From Octopus sinensis (lineage: Eukaryota), in contig NC_043016.1 in NCBI RefSeq assembly GCF_006345805.1, positions 3,348,001 through 3,412,000 of the forward strand: DNA of 64,000 bases, written 5' to 3'. Positions 12,492-26,007 of the stretch are shown here, piece after piece (the first letter of the stretch is position 1; every line of letters starts with the position of its first letter). Made by a program: the position numbers and the translations under genes. Below the pieces are notes generated by a model. The model was not told the DNA's origin, did no database searches, and saw only the letters and a list, made by a program, of their open reading frames with translations.

Positions 12492-12680
12492 CGAGAGAAG
12501 AGTGTTAGTATGTCTGTGGCTGGAAATAGAATAAAGCTCTTAGAAACTACCGAAAGCTCATCAATACTTTAGACACATTTCTTTTCGCTTTTTCTCTCAT
12601 TCTTTCTCCTTTTTTTGTTTTTAAACAGAAGAAATAAGTGCCATTTCTAACAAAAATAAATGAATAAATAAATAAATAAT

Positions 12681-13245
12681 AGGCGCAGGAGTGGCTGTAT
12701 GGTAAGTAGCTTGCTTTTAGAGAAGCAGGGGGTCGGCGGGCGCTTTCTGTCTTCCATCTTTATCATTTTTCTATCATAATCATTCGCCTCATCAATGAAG
12801 ATACCTTATGTATGGGCTGCCTACATGGCAAATTTAACGAAAAAAAAAAAATGAATAAAAGTAGGTTGCTTACCAACCACATGGTTCCGGGTTATTTCTC
12901 ACTGCGTGGCACCTTGGGCCGACGAAAGCTTTGTGAGTGGATATGGTAGACGGAAACTGAAAGAAGCTCGTCGTATATATATATATATATATATGTATGT
13001 ATATATATATGTGTGTATGTATGTATGTATGTATGTATGTGTGTGTATTTGTCCACCCACCCACCCACCATCATTTGATAACTAATGTTGTTGGGTTTAT
13101 GTTCTCATAACTTAGCGTTTCGGGAAAAGAGACTGATAGAATAAGTACTAGGCTTACAAAGAATAAGTCCAGGGGTCGATTTGCTTGACTAAAGGCGGTA
13201 CTCCAGCATGGCCGCAGTCAAATGACTGAAACAAGTAAAAGAGAG
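12681..13245 (+). mobile_element. SINE family A, full length, interrupted by a short retroposed insert
   Basis: Head aggcgcaggagtggctg; the body resumes at 12872; family A tail. Confidence 0.9.
12717..12858 (+). mobile_element. 142-bp A-tailed retroposed fragment with 13-bp TSD
   Basis: TSD aagtagcttgctt (12704-12716) / aagtaggttgctt (12859-12871); oligo-A near its 3' end. Confidence 0.7.
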
Positions 13246-13699
13246 TAGAGAGAATAAATGACTTAAAAATATGACCTTGTTTAGTCAATTAGTGAGTGAA
13301 TTTAATCGCTGAATCGATCAATCGATTCTTTCCTTCATAAACTGTTAACTGTAGCGTAAGTAGGTCACCTCTAATATCTTTTAGTGAATCTTTAATGAAG
13401 GGATCGTCACTTTGAAAGTTTATTCACCGATACTAGGTACTTTTGTTAGCAGTGAGATGAGCGCTGTAGCTAACACTCCCAGATTCCTCTTAAAAGTCTC
13501 TTCTGCTGAATGAACAAGTGTGTGCGCGCGCGTGTGTGTGAGAGTGTGCGCGCACGCTCGTGTGTGTGTGTCTGTATGTGTGTACGTGTCTGTACAAACT
13601 CATGTACATACGCCCATACTTCTATAAAACAAACGCTATTGTTGTTTGAAAAGTGCAACAAATGAGGAGAGTTCAGTGTGTGAAGGCGAAAGGTGAGGC

Positions 13700-13876
<177 letters not shown>

Positions 13877-13884
13877 CCTATCCA

Positions 13885-14075
13885 CTAAAGAGGCACAAGG
13901 CCTGAAATTTGGAAGGGAGGGTACAAGTTGATTACATCGACCCCAGTATTTCCCTGGTACTTAGTTTATCGACCACGAGAGGATGAAAGGCAATGTCGAG
14001 AATTTGAACTCAGAACGTCAAGGCAGACGAAATGCTGCTAAACATATTTGTCCGGCGCGCTGACCATTCTGTCAG
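13885..14075 (-). mobile_element. tRNA-derived SINE family B
   Basis: The reverse complement contains gttctgagttcaaatt and tttcatcct...gataaa...gtaccag, as at 17369-17570. Confidence 0.8.
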
Positions 14076-14079
14076 CACG

Positions 14080-14760
14080 CCGCTTTCATAAGATCTCCAA
14101 AATGTTTGATGCCGTTCCATGCATATCTGGTTTTGTATTAGAGTGGACTTAGAGAAATGTTTAACAAAAGCTGAGGGTGCCTTACTCCTAGTGGTCTTCC
14201 TGCACATTGGTCATCTGTAAGGTTTCTTATGAGCGTGTAACGGCAGAGATATGTTTTGATGTAGTTACCATTTCTAACGGTATCGATTTTGATTTGTAAA
14301 CAATATTATGAGGATGTCGGAGGCAGCTGGTGTGGCCATAGTTATTTGTTGTTATAATTGCATATTGTAAGATGTGAAAGATAGATAATGCGTGAAGTTT
14401 TAAGAAAGTATCTATTTACCGTTACCTTGCCTCGACGGGCAGGTTGTGATAAATCCAAAAGCATGCGAAAGTTAGATGCGGTTGAATGTTTGGGCCCTCT
14501 TCATTGTTTAGTAGTTATTGCTGAGAGAGCTAGAATGATGTTGTAAGAGAACAGAGTTAGAGCTAGAGAGAATTGTAGGGTGTGGAACGTTGTCTCACAG
14601 CTGCTGGCAGTAAAATTCATTTCTCCCTCTGACCAATGTTCTAGCTGGTCAGCCAGACTTCGTTCTCACTTGCTTGGGGTTGTGCTTGCTTATATAAAGA
14701 TCCAGAAGGATAGATATATCATTGAGAACAATAGATTTAGTTGGTGGTCTTGTTATCTAT
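14080..14760 (-). mobile_element. Highly degenerate PLE (RT / GIY-YIG) remnant
   Basis: Weak motif traces only, such as SAFVKHF and a GIY-YIG-like segment. Confidence 0.35.
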
Positions 14761-15149
14761 TCTAGCTTTTGGTGAAGTCATGTGGTAAAGACATTATTTC
14801 GGCCTAGCTAAAGGCATCTGGAAAATGTAAAAGTGCTGTCAGAGAAAAACCATTGTTCCATCGTGGGAAAAGTTTTGTTGCAGTGTTAATTTAAATTTGA
14901 CTATGGTGGATCGAATCCACTTCATGCACGCAAGATACACTACAAGCGGTATTGGTAACATGGAATCCAGTAGAACCTGGTGCACTGTCGGGTTGTTGGC
15001 GACTAGACCGCCCTACCTAACCCCACTAGGCATGTCTGGTGAGGAGGGTTACTAGAAACTCAGGGAGACTAAAAACAAAACCTGTCAAAAGGACGGATGA
15101 ACTTGGTGAAGGCTGAGTGACTGTGTGTGTGAGTGTGTGTGTGTGTAAC

Positions 15150-15235
15150 ATATACATGCGTTACGTTATATATATATACATACATATAAATACGTTTATA
15201 TATATATATGTATGTATGTATGCAAATATGTATGC

Positions 15236-15270
<35 letters not shown>

Positions 15271-15357
15271 CATATATATATATATAATACATGTATATAT
15301 ATACATATATGTATGTATATATACATATGTATATCTATATATATATATATATATATC

Positions 15358-15418
<61 letters not shown>

Positions 15419-16066
15419 TATATATATATATATGTATATATGTATATATGTATATATGTATATATGACTACATAGAATATTGTAAACAAACCAGAAAGGC
15501 TTTGTAAGTTACGAACAGAAAGCTACTATGGAAGACTCGCAGTATAATAATAATTGCATTGTATTTAAAAATTGTCGCTTGAAATCGGAGAATATATATT
15601 ATGATATATTATTATACAAAATAATAGTTATCGCCATACTAATATGGCATTCTTATAAAAATAAGAAAAAAGCTGTCCGCTTATTAGCTCCATGTATGCA
15701 AATAGTATGGCGATAACTATTATTTTCCGGGAACGCTGCCGCTGTTCTCTTTTAGAGAGACTTAGTTATTTTAATATTTCTATTATTATTATACAGTTAT
15801 ATATATATATGCATGTACGTACGAACGTATGTGCGTATGTATGTATGTATGTATGTATGTATGTATGTATGTATGTATGTATGTATGTGTGTATGTATGT
15901 ATTTATGTATGTATGTATGTATGTATGTATGCATGTATGTATGTGTGTATGTATGTATGTATGTATGTGTGTGTTTATAGATAGATCGATAGATAGACAG
16001 ACGGAAAGACTGATAGACAGACAGAAAGATAGACAGATAGATAGATATATAGTTAAATAGATAGAC

Positions 16067-16117
<51 letters not shown>

Positions 16118-16134
16118 CAGACAGATAGACAGAC

Positions 16135-16202
<68 letters not shown>

Positions 16203-16241
16203 GCATGAATACACACGCACACACGCTCGCACACACGCGCG

Positions 16242-16272
<31 letters not shown>
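15150..16272. repeat. Microsatellite cluster: (TA)n, (TATG)n, (GATA)n, (CA)n
   Basis: Direct reading. These tracts explain the low-complexity ORFs here. Confidence 0.9.
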
Positions 16273-16308
16273 GCAAGTAAAATAGATAAATAAAAGATAA
16301 ATACTAAC

Positions 16309-16428
16309 CGTGTCTGTAACAACATTTCTTTCCGAAATAATTGGTAAATTGTTGAGCGATTTCTTTCTTGGTGTAGAGGCGAAAGTTTTTTTACTTTCAT
16401 TCCAAGTGTCTACTGTAGTGACGGTCAT
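16309..16428 (-). CDS. Putative first coding exon (40 codons) of the tail-anchored protein gene
   Basis: ATG at 16428; [14 protein letters not shown]...NVVTDT; phase-0 donor GTTAGT at 16308 matches the phase-0 acceptor at 9937. Confidence 0.5.
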
Positions 16429-16895
16429 CTCTCTGTCTTACACACTGAATCTAATCTCTATGCATTACATATAAATATAAATATATATATATACATGTGT
16501 GTATGTGTGTGTGTGTGCGTGTAACGTATGAACGACGTGACACGTCTTTCATATTACGTCAAACGACGTTTTCACGCCTAGCTTTTCATTCATATCAGAG
16601 CATACATTCGCATTGGTTTGTAAGTCGACCGGATGATAGTAAGAACGTAATTGAGGAAACGCATGTATTTATAAACATGTTGAGTAAAACTTCTCTGTTT
16701 GGGCAATGCTGTACAGTTTTGCGACCTATTTATACATAAAGGTTGGGGAATGGAAAACGGATTGCTATCTATCCAAATATGCGTGCGTATTTCCGAGAGG
16801 TTTTGTCTGTCACGCTGCTTGTCTGATTGCCTGTCTGTTTAATTGCTTCCATTGTCTTTCCCTCTCCGTATATTTCTTAATCTTTTGTCTAATTC

Positions 16896-17180
16896 AGTGA
16901 CTCGCAACCGGGGTCCATATGACCCTTTCTAGGTCGGGGTGGGGTTGGTTGTGGATGGGGGGGGTCTATGTAACATGTTAAAATTTATGTATAGTAAATT
17001 GGTTTTGTACAATGCACAAAATATTTTAACATTATTTTTTCTTTTCATAGAATTCTTAGCTTTATTTAATTATAAAAGTATAATAGGATTTTTAAAAAAT
17101 ATGGAATGGTTATAAAGGTCCATCCAAGTAAAATAAAGAATCAAAAGGTTCCACAGGAGAAAAATGGTTGAGTAGTCTAA
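16896..17180. mobile_element. Degenerate hAT-like MITE
   Basis: cagtgactcgcaaccggggtcc ... ggttgagtagtct resembles CAGTGNTTCTCAACC-type TIRs; no TSD is evident. Confidence 0.35.
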
Positions 17181-17257
17181 CTCTTTTCAGCCTCCCCTCT
17201 CTCTCTCCCCCTCTCCCCCTCTCTCTCTCTACATATATATATATATATATCAGTAAA

Positions 17258-17354
<97 letters not shown>

Positions 17355-17368
17355 GTTATTGTTATTAA

Positions 17369-17570
17369 GGCGGCGAGCTGGTAGAAACGTTAGCACGAAA
17401 TGCTTAGCGGTACTTCTGCCGCTACGTTCTGAGTTCAAATTCCGCCGAGGTTGACTTTGTCTTTCATCCTGCTGGGGATCAATAAATTAAGTACCAGTGA
17501 AATTCTAGGGTCAATGTAATCCACTAGTCCCCCCCCCAAAAAAACGTCATACCTTGTGCTTATCATATAA
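17369..17570 (+). mobile_element. SINE family B
   Basis: ggcggcgagctggtagaaacgttag head; gagttcaaattcc B box. Confidence 0.85.
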
Positions 17571-18289
17571 AGGAGAGTAACTATATAAATAATTAATAAC
17601 AATAACAATGGTATTAATGACAACAAGCAATAATGCCGTTAAATGGCTAATCAATGAAATCATATATATAAATATATCAGTGCGTGTGTGTGTATCTTTT
17701 ATTTTTTGTTTCAGTCATTAGAGTGCGGCCATGCTGGGGCACCACGTCGAAAAAAGACTTTATTCGAACGAATCAACTCAAAGCTGAAGTGTAGCCAGGT
17801 TCTAAAGTTAGGAAGAGCGAGCACTTGAAAAAATGTTGCCGTTACACTTACCGAATAATTTGTAACTGGTCTTTCATATATCGTGCGAAATATTTCATTA
17901 TTTATAAAGTGAGTAGTTGTATTCTACATTCATTAATTTCATATTTCAATAACAATGTCATCATGAATGAAACTTACAACTGCTGATATAGGTGTGACGG
18001 GGAAGAAAAGATGTAATTCCATGGGATTGTCCAGTGTTAAGAGGTTATGACGTCAGGGTTTCTTTTGGTTCTTCAGATAACAATGGACACAAATACGTCG
18101 CAAGAAATTCAGCAGACAGTTCAGAATCAAGGCCATGCAGTTAACAAAATTTAAAATATATCGACTTTTATTGTACAAATAAACTAAAAGGTTAAAAAAT
18201 GTTAAAAAGGCGCCAATTTTTAAAAATATGCTCGAAGGAAGGGGTCACTACATTTGATCCCGAATTAACTGCGCCACTGAAGTGTGGTA

Positions 18290-18485
18290 CTTAATCTTTC
18301 GATCTCTTTTGTTGAACTGTTAAGTTACGGGGACGTAAACACATTAACACTAGGAGACAAACACTGACACACACACATAGCTTCGATCAGGCCGGGGTTA
18401 TAGTAAAAGACATTTGCCTTAGGAACTGAACCTGGAACCATGTGGCTAGGAAGCAAGCTTCTTACCACGCAGCCATGCTTGCGCC
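18290..18485 (-). mobile_element. SINE family A, internally deleted
   Basis: Family A head and body segments in reverse. Confidence 0.7.
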
Positions 18486-18659
18486 TCAACGTCTGTTAGT
18501 ATTCATATATATGATTGTGCATGTGTATGTGCGTATGTATATATATGTATATATATGTATGTCTGATGAATGCATACATGCATGTATTATCATCATCTTC
18601 ATCATCATCGTCGGTGTCATCATCATCATCATCATCATCATTTAACGTCCGGTTTTCCA

Positions 18660-18960
18660 CACACACACACACACACGTCACGTATACACACATATACACA
18701 CATGTCACACACACACACACGTCACGTATACACACATATACACACATGTCTCACACACACACACACGTCACGTATACACACATATACACACATGTCACAC
18801 ACACACACACATGTCACGTATACACACATATACACACATGTCTCACACACACACACACACGTCACGTATACACACATATACACACATGTCTCACACACAC
18901 ACACACACACACGTCACGTATACACACACATATCTCACACACACACTCACACACACATAA
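18660..18960. repeat. Compound minisatellite, about six units of (CA)n-gtcacgtatacacacatatacacacatgt
   Basis: Direct reading. Confidence 0.9.
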
Positions 18961-19074
18961 CACACATCATAAAAAGACAGAGAGATGAGAGAGTAAGAGA
19001 GAGATTATTGATACGGATTGAATGTAGAGGAACTTCCAAGAAATATACGTATCACACTGGTTCACTAAACCTAA

Positions 19075-19215
19075 GTGGAGGTGCGTGGCTTAGCGGTTAA
19101 TGTGTTGGGTTCATAATCCTAATATACCTGTTTCGATCCCTGGTCAGGAAGATGTATTATGTTCTTAAGCAAAACACTTTATTTTACGTTACTCCAGCTA
19201 GCAAAAATGGGTATT
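19075..19215 (+). mobile_element. tRNA-SINE head and core fragment
   Basis: tggcttagcggtt A box; ttcgatccc B box; ttaagcaaaacactt core. Confidence 0.65.
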
Positions 19216-20189
19216 CCTACAACAGTTCTGTATCCAGTCCAGAATCCGGAAAACCGACGCTATGAGTCGATATGATGACTCGGGAATGAGCTTCATCACT
19301 AATTCTTCCGGTGATAACCTTATTGGTACAACTGATTTTGGAACACTCAGCCACTATCGCAATAACTGTATGAGTAAGTAAATCTGTTGAGGAAACAACT
19401 GAAATACTCTTCATCGAAATCGACGGAGGATCTTTTTGGCGTGTTTATTTATTTATTTACTATTAGTCCATTGATTGTTGGATTAGGATTAATTAATGTG
19501 AATGAAAATATTAATGAAACAACTATTGGAAGGTACACATGAAAGCTGTTACAATAAATCAGAGCATAGTAAAAGCTAAGGGTGGTTATGGAATCTGACC
19601 TTATATATTGAATATCTACAAAAATAAAAATGTGATTGGTTTGTTCTGAGTTCAAATCCAACCGAGGTCAAGTTAGCCATTCACTTTCATCAATCAGAGA
19701 CCACCCAGAACGATAGAATGGCTGAATTGTGACCTTGCGGTATTTTTTCTTACTTTTTGCGATTTGAGTTCAAATCCTGCTGAGGAAAATTTTGCCGTTT
19801 ATCCTTTCGGAATCGGTAAAAAAAAAAAAAAAAAAAAGAATGTTAGGATGTTAGGTTGGCAGAATTGTAAGAACTCTGAGGAAAATTCCTAGTTGTAATT
19901 GTTGCAGCTTTCTACATTCTGGGTTCGCCAACAACGAGTCTGGTAAGCAGTTGTATCGGCCCTTGAGCAACATCGAAGGCATTGAGATTGGAGACTTACT
20001 GCAGGAGTATCAGCTGGTTTTCCTTTCTATAACTTTTATAAATATGATATCAATACTACGATCTGTAACGATATTGTGTGGATCAATATTTTAACGGAAA
20101 GGATTAATCATTTCCGATTGAACCGTGTTGGACGTAAATGTTGCAGTTCACAAGGTATTTTGTCAATATTTATCTCTTATGCTGGTTCC

Positions 20190-21345
20190 TTATATTTAAG
20201 GCAGTCCATCTTGACAGATGACGACGTCGTCTTTAATCCTTCGGGGGTTGTCTTGATGGCATTGGCAGGTCCTTTCGTGGCTGAAAAGGCCGATTCTGGG
20301 AGCACATGTCCAATTACACTGAAAGCAGCAAAGAGGGCTTCGACGAAGATGAGCTCGTCTAGGATTTTGCTCACGTTCCCTGAGCTCTCTCCGCTTTTCT
20401 TCGCGAAGTCTAGTCCGCTCATCCTCAAAATGCTGTGCACCAGTTTTGACCATACCCCTCCGGGTAGTACGGTCTGTGGCCAGTGTTTCAAGTCCGCCGG
20501 TGGGTGGGGGATGCAGAGCTTCAGGGATTTCTTGAGATTATCTTTATATCGCTTCTTTGGACCTCCGTGCGGTCGGTTACCAAAAAGGACAATCTTGGGT
20601 ATACCTTTTTCCGGCATCCTGATAACATGCCCCACCCAGCGCAGTTGACGTTCGAGGATCATGCTAGTCATTTAAATTTCGATGCTTGGTTTCGACTGTA
20701 TGTTTGGGGATGACTCACTGGGATCAGTTGCCCAGTCGAGCAAGTGAGGACGAGCTTTTTCTGAGACACATTTTCTAGGCTTTTCCCCACGTGGGGCAGG
20801 CAATGCTATCCCTGAAACGGGTTGCTTGAACGCACAAGCAGGACCAAGGTAGACGTTCGTCCACGGGTCCATCCAACAACGACCATCTTACTTATGCCGC
20901 TTACATGCAGGACTCCAACTAGAGGCTTCCAACTACATCCTAGTCTGCCGCCATCGCCAAATGATCCCATCGACACAGGACTTGTAGAGAGGATGAAAGA
21001 GAATGAAGGATAAAGGCGAAGCTTGTGCCTTGAAAAGTTTGAGATGCACAGTTCTCAGCTGTACGCACTTGACAGAAGGCGAGTGGAATTCAATGGCAAG
21101 AGGAGTCTCGAGACGATTGACCCTTGTCTTCTGCTGCAACGAGCTGCCGGAGTTGGTGGATAGGATCCTATGCTCCACCTTGGAACCAGCCCGTCTTGTC
21201 CTCTTCGCAGGCTTCCTGTGGCAGCTGCCGGAACTCCTGTTTGTCGTAGTCCGCCGCCTTTATAGCCAGCTTGCGTGAATCGTCCTCATCCGCCTTCGCT
21301 AGGAACAGATCAGCCGTTGGAGACTTGCAATATCAGAGCCCCGCT
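20190..21345 (-). mobile_element. RTE LINE with large internal deletion (5' UTR fused to ORF C-terminus)
   Basis: ERQLRWVGHVIRMPE...PKKRYKDNLK and terminal CFQCNWTC...GLFSHERTC...QDGLP. No APE or RT between the 5' part and this C-terminus. Confidence 0.75.
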
Positions 21346-21999
21346 AGCCACGTTTTCAGGATTAGGGCTCTAAGTATATATATAAAAGTAAAAATATATG
21401 GTGGTTATGCCAGGAAAAAAGAATAGTAATGTTTGATCATCAAATAGTGGCCGTAACCTTCTCTTGATGTGGCGTGGATTTGATAAAGTGTTTTGTTGCT
21501 TTACATCACCCCAGTGAGTATGTGTTGCGCTGTTGGTTGGCAAATATGGCCCAATTTCATCATTTATCATCACATGATCAAAAAATAGATCACTTTTATT
21601 GTACGTAGTAAAAAAAAAATAAGGAAAACAGGTTCGGCAACAGCGATTTTCTTTTCTTTCAGTTCGTGCGGCATCTTTCTTTTTCTTTACTTTAGAATCA
21701 TTACAAATGTCAAATAACTGTTAAAAGAGCAGCATGTAATTCTCCTTCTACTTTCCGAGTAGTTTTTTTTTTTTTTTTTTTGTAGTTCCGCATCAATAAT
21801 CGCCCTCCTCATCTTCAAAGCTCTAATCTCCACTTGAAATTTTTGAAGTAAGTGTTCGGCAGCTTAAGATAAACAATAATCAACAACAATGGAAAACGAT
21901 AAGCGCAGACTGAAAAATGTGCGCGTAAAATAGCAAATTATATGAACAGAGTTCAAAAGATGTTAATTCCAAAAACAAAGTCTTTAAAAAATGGTTTCA

Positions 22000-22205
22000 A
22001 ATTTTGGCTCAGCGCTAACAGTTTTTGAGGGGAGTGGAAGTCTATTACATCGTCCCAAGCGTTCGACTGGTACTTATTTTATCGATCCTGAAAGGATGAA
22101 AGGCAAAATTGACCTCGGCGAAATTTGAGATCAGAACGTAAAGACAGAAGAAATGCCACTAAGCACTTAGTCCAAAGTGCTAACCTTTTTGTCAGTACGC
22201 TATCG
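22000..22205 (-). mobile_element. SINE family B
   Basis: ggtacttattttatcgatcc...aaatttgagatcagaacg, the reverse of family B. Confidence 0.8.
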
Positions 22206-22273
22206 TTCAAAGTTCTAAAGTTTTAAAAGTTTTATAATAAAACAGCAATATTTTTTACTTTGTACATACATAC

Positions 22274-25237
22274 TGTTGTGATGAGAGTTATGGCGTCCCC
22301 TTGCAATAGGTAGACCGGTCCGAGTAAAACATAAATAGTAACAATCCGAGTGAGTTCGATGTTCAGATTTCAAAATCGAGTGAAGTTCGTGTTAGTTCGC
22401 AGTGAAGTCGGAAGGTGTCGGTTGGTTAGTTCACAAGGAATATTGATTGTTGGTTCGTAAAGAGATTTCTTATTTCGTTGCATTGTTCTTACTGTTGTCT
22501 GGTTATCTTATTTATGGCACGAAACAAATCACCTTACATCATCTGGCGATGCAGGTGAGAAGTTCACGTAGGTTATTTAACAATTTGTTCGTGATACAAC
22601 TTGTTAAATAAGGGAAGACCTATTAGCTTCCATAATACAGTTGCAAAAGCAACAACAAGAGCAGCAACAGGACTTACAACAACAACAACAATGATTGGAG
22701 CTATATTTAAAGAAGCCCCAAAATTAGGTAAGTTAGTTTTCGCCAGACGGCGTTTCGAACTCGATGAATAAAAACCCAGAGGAAGGTATAACTTTTGCAT
22801 CATACTACAGAAGGTGCGAGGAGATTTTTAAGCAAGATTGCACATCATGGTCGGACAAACAAAATGTGAGATTGTTATTGCGGAAATTAGCTCCGTTAGA
22901 ACATGAACGTTATTGTAATTTCATATTGGCCCCCAAAAATCAATGATGAAATGTGTTTAAAAAAAAACACTAGAATTACTGTCTAACATATTCAGTGATA
23001 AAACATATTTATTTAACACTCGAATGGGGTGTAAAAATATAACGAAAAAAGATAATGATGATTTTGTCACATACGCAAGAACAATCAATATATGAGAAAA
23101 TTTTAATCTCAAAGAACTTACACCTGAAATGTTCAAGTGTCTTATTTTCATTCAAGGCCTTACAGTAAGCGAAGATACAGAAATTCAAGCAAGAATTATT
23201 TCCAAATTGGAACACGCAAATCAAGATTTAACTTTGCAGTCCGTGGCAGATGAATGCCAAACGATGGTAAAACTTAAACAAGATGTAGAAAAAATTCAAA
23301 AAATGGATTCCTCAAAAATACAGATATGCCGACCGGAAAAGTACAAACAAAAAGGGCATCACTTGTTAATTCATGTTATGGTTGTAGAGACATACATTTC
23401 AGAAAAGACTGTCCATTTAAAAATCAAAAATGTTACTGTTGAAAAAGAATTGGTCACAAGAGTTCACACTGCAGAACAAAATTACGAAGGACAAACGTTA
23501 AAAATCCTAAAGTTCTCTCAGCAGAAACAAAAATCGACTCCCAAATTAGAAAATTCGTAAAAATAAATGGAATGTATATTGAACTTCAATTGGATACTGG
23601 AAGTGATATTTCAATAATAAATATGGACACATTGAAGAAAATAAGGAAACCTATGCTGAGAAAAACAGCAAAATCTGCTCTTAGTGTGACGGGCGTCAAA
23701 TTACATTTCAGTGGACTGTCACATTTCGCGGGAAAACATGCAAGGCGAAAATCTTCATCGTTGAAAATGCAACCGATTTGTTTTGTATCGATTGGTTAGA
23801 ATTATTAGATTTATGGGACCTTTCCATAAATCTCTATTGTAAAAACGTAAATGATTGTCCCTCTAAAAATAATTCGTATGAAGAGTTAAAGAGAAAAGTA
23901 AAGTAAAAAAAAAGGTTTCCGCAAATACTCTCAGACAAACTAGGCTTATGCACAAAGACTCGGAGCCCATGGTCCAGGATACATATCGACTACGCTGGAC
24001 CAGTGAACGGCGCATACTATCTAATCGTGTGGTGGATAGCTATACAAAGTGACCAGAGGTATGCAGACGTAATAAACCCACAGCAAAGACAACAATAAAG
24101 TTCCTACTCGAGTTATTTCCACTATACAGTGTTCCAGACACGTTAGTTTCATATAATGGTACACGATTCACGGGATATCATTAAGAAATTTCTGCACAAA
24201 TACATGCCACAGGGCACATCTTTACTCCTCTCTACCACCCGGGGCGTTGGCGGAAAGATTTGTCGACACGTTAGAAAGAGCTCTAAAAAATCTAGGAACG
24301 AACTAGATAACGCGAAAGCACTAACGAAATTTTTGAGATTATATAGAATATCGGCAAGTCCAAATACTAATTCAGGAAAGTGACCAGCAGAGTTAATGTT
24401 CGCGAAGTAAAATAAAATCGATCTTTGATAAATTATGTCAGAAATAATACGTATAACGGAAGACAAAATACATTTAAAGGAAATACAAGAATATAATAAA
24501 ACATTTCGAAGTAGGGATAATGTTCATTTAAAAAATTACAAAAAGGGTAAAGTACGGTTGTGAGGATGGCTGTGTATAAAAGATTAGGTAACATGATGTA
24601 TTTAATTAAAAGACAACGTTCGGAAGATAAGAGACACTTTAACCAGTTAAAGATAAGACATACAGAAGACCGAAGGTAAATACCAATGGAAATCGTCTGA
24701 TATGCTTGAAGTGCCAGCACCGAGAGATATTGAACTCCATATAACTAGCTTCACAAAACGAAAGTACTGAATATCTGGAAGTGATACCTAAGTGAAAGAG
24801 ATATTAAATTTTCAAAAGAAAAAGTGACAAGAAAAAAATGAGTGCTAACAAGAGTGCTTAGTACAACGAAAAGAAAAAAGTGCTGAGTGTAATGAACAAT
24901 GTTACCTTAAAAGTCGGGTAACAATTGAAATACAACAACTATAAAAAAAACAGAGGGAGAAGTGCTGGAAAAATAAAAAAAATTCTACTTTTTCACAGTA
25001 GTCGAAATCTCAAAAGGGGAGATGTTGTGATGAGAGCTACGATGCCCCTTTATGAGAGACAGACTGATCCGAGTAAAGTTTAAGTAGTAACGAAACGACT
25101 AAGTTCAGAGTTGAGAGTCGAGTGAAGTACGTGTTAGTTCGCAGTGAAGTCGGAAGTTGTCTGTTGGTCAGTTCTCAAGGAATGTTGATTGTTGGTCCGT
25201 AAAGAGATTTCTTATTTCGTTGCATTGTTTTTACTGT
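22274..25237 (+). mobile_element. Degenerate Ty3/gypsy LTR retrotransposon lacking RT and RNase H
   Basis: 5' LTR 22274-~22541 followed by PBS-like TGGCGA; PPT aaaaggggaga; truncated 3' LTR 25023-25237; gag VRLLLRKL...HERYCNFI; protease LDTGSDIS; integrase PWSRIHIDYAGP. Confidence 0.9.
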
Positions 25238-25973
25238 GCGGATAAAAGACCCATGAAATGTGATTTATGCCTGCTGGAAAACTATTGTATTTTATTCCAG
25301 GATAATAACTCTTTAAGTCAAAGATGTGAACTCTTGAATTCCAGCAGACACGCAACTAAATTTAAAATGTCAGCTAACAATATACCATATGAATAGTGTA
25401 TATATATTTGGATTCTTGGACTAGTTTTTAATCACACAGTTGGATTTGTTTCCTATAATACATGATTTATTTCGCATCACAAAGATACTGTATATATTTG
25501 GACATATTTCTCAAGAAAAACCTTCGACTGTTATATGCAAATATTACTTTCTTGTTTAAGATTCTACTTTTATTTTATTTTATTTCATTTTATTGTATCC
25601 TATAAAACCAAGATAGTACACAGTGGGACTGAACCCTGAATCATGTGGTTGGGAAGCAAGCTTCTTCCCACACAACTACTCATATATATATATATATGTG
25701 TGTACATACATATATATATATACACACATAGACACACACACACACACGCGCACACACATATATACTTTATTTAAAAGCAGCAGAAATATAACAAAAGCTG
25801 TTACTCAGAGTTTCACGTTCCCGTTCGTCGGACAGGTTTTGTTAAAATAGAACAGAAATAACGATATGATCAAAACTAGTTAAAGGATACACCTTTAAAA
25901 AGGGATTTGTTCCATTGGTCCTTTCAATAAGCCTCTCGAACGGATTTGGTAGACAGAAAGTGAAAGAAGACCG

Positions 25974-26007
<34 letters not shown>

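Noticed and set aside
21330-21375. HDV-like ribozyme at the RTE 5' end (agagccc...gggctct stem)
   Set aside because: Only a P1-like hairpin is present. No convincing P2, P3/L3, P1.1 or J4/2 could be assigned. The 11.8-12.0 kb remnant was similarly unparseable.
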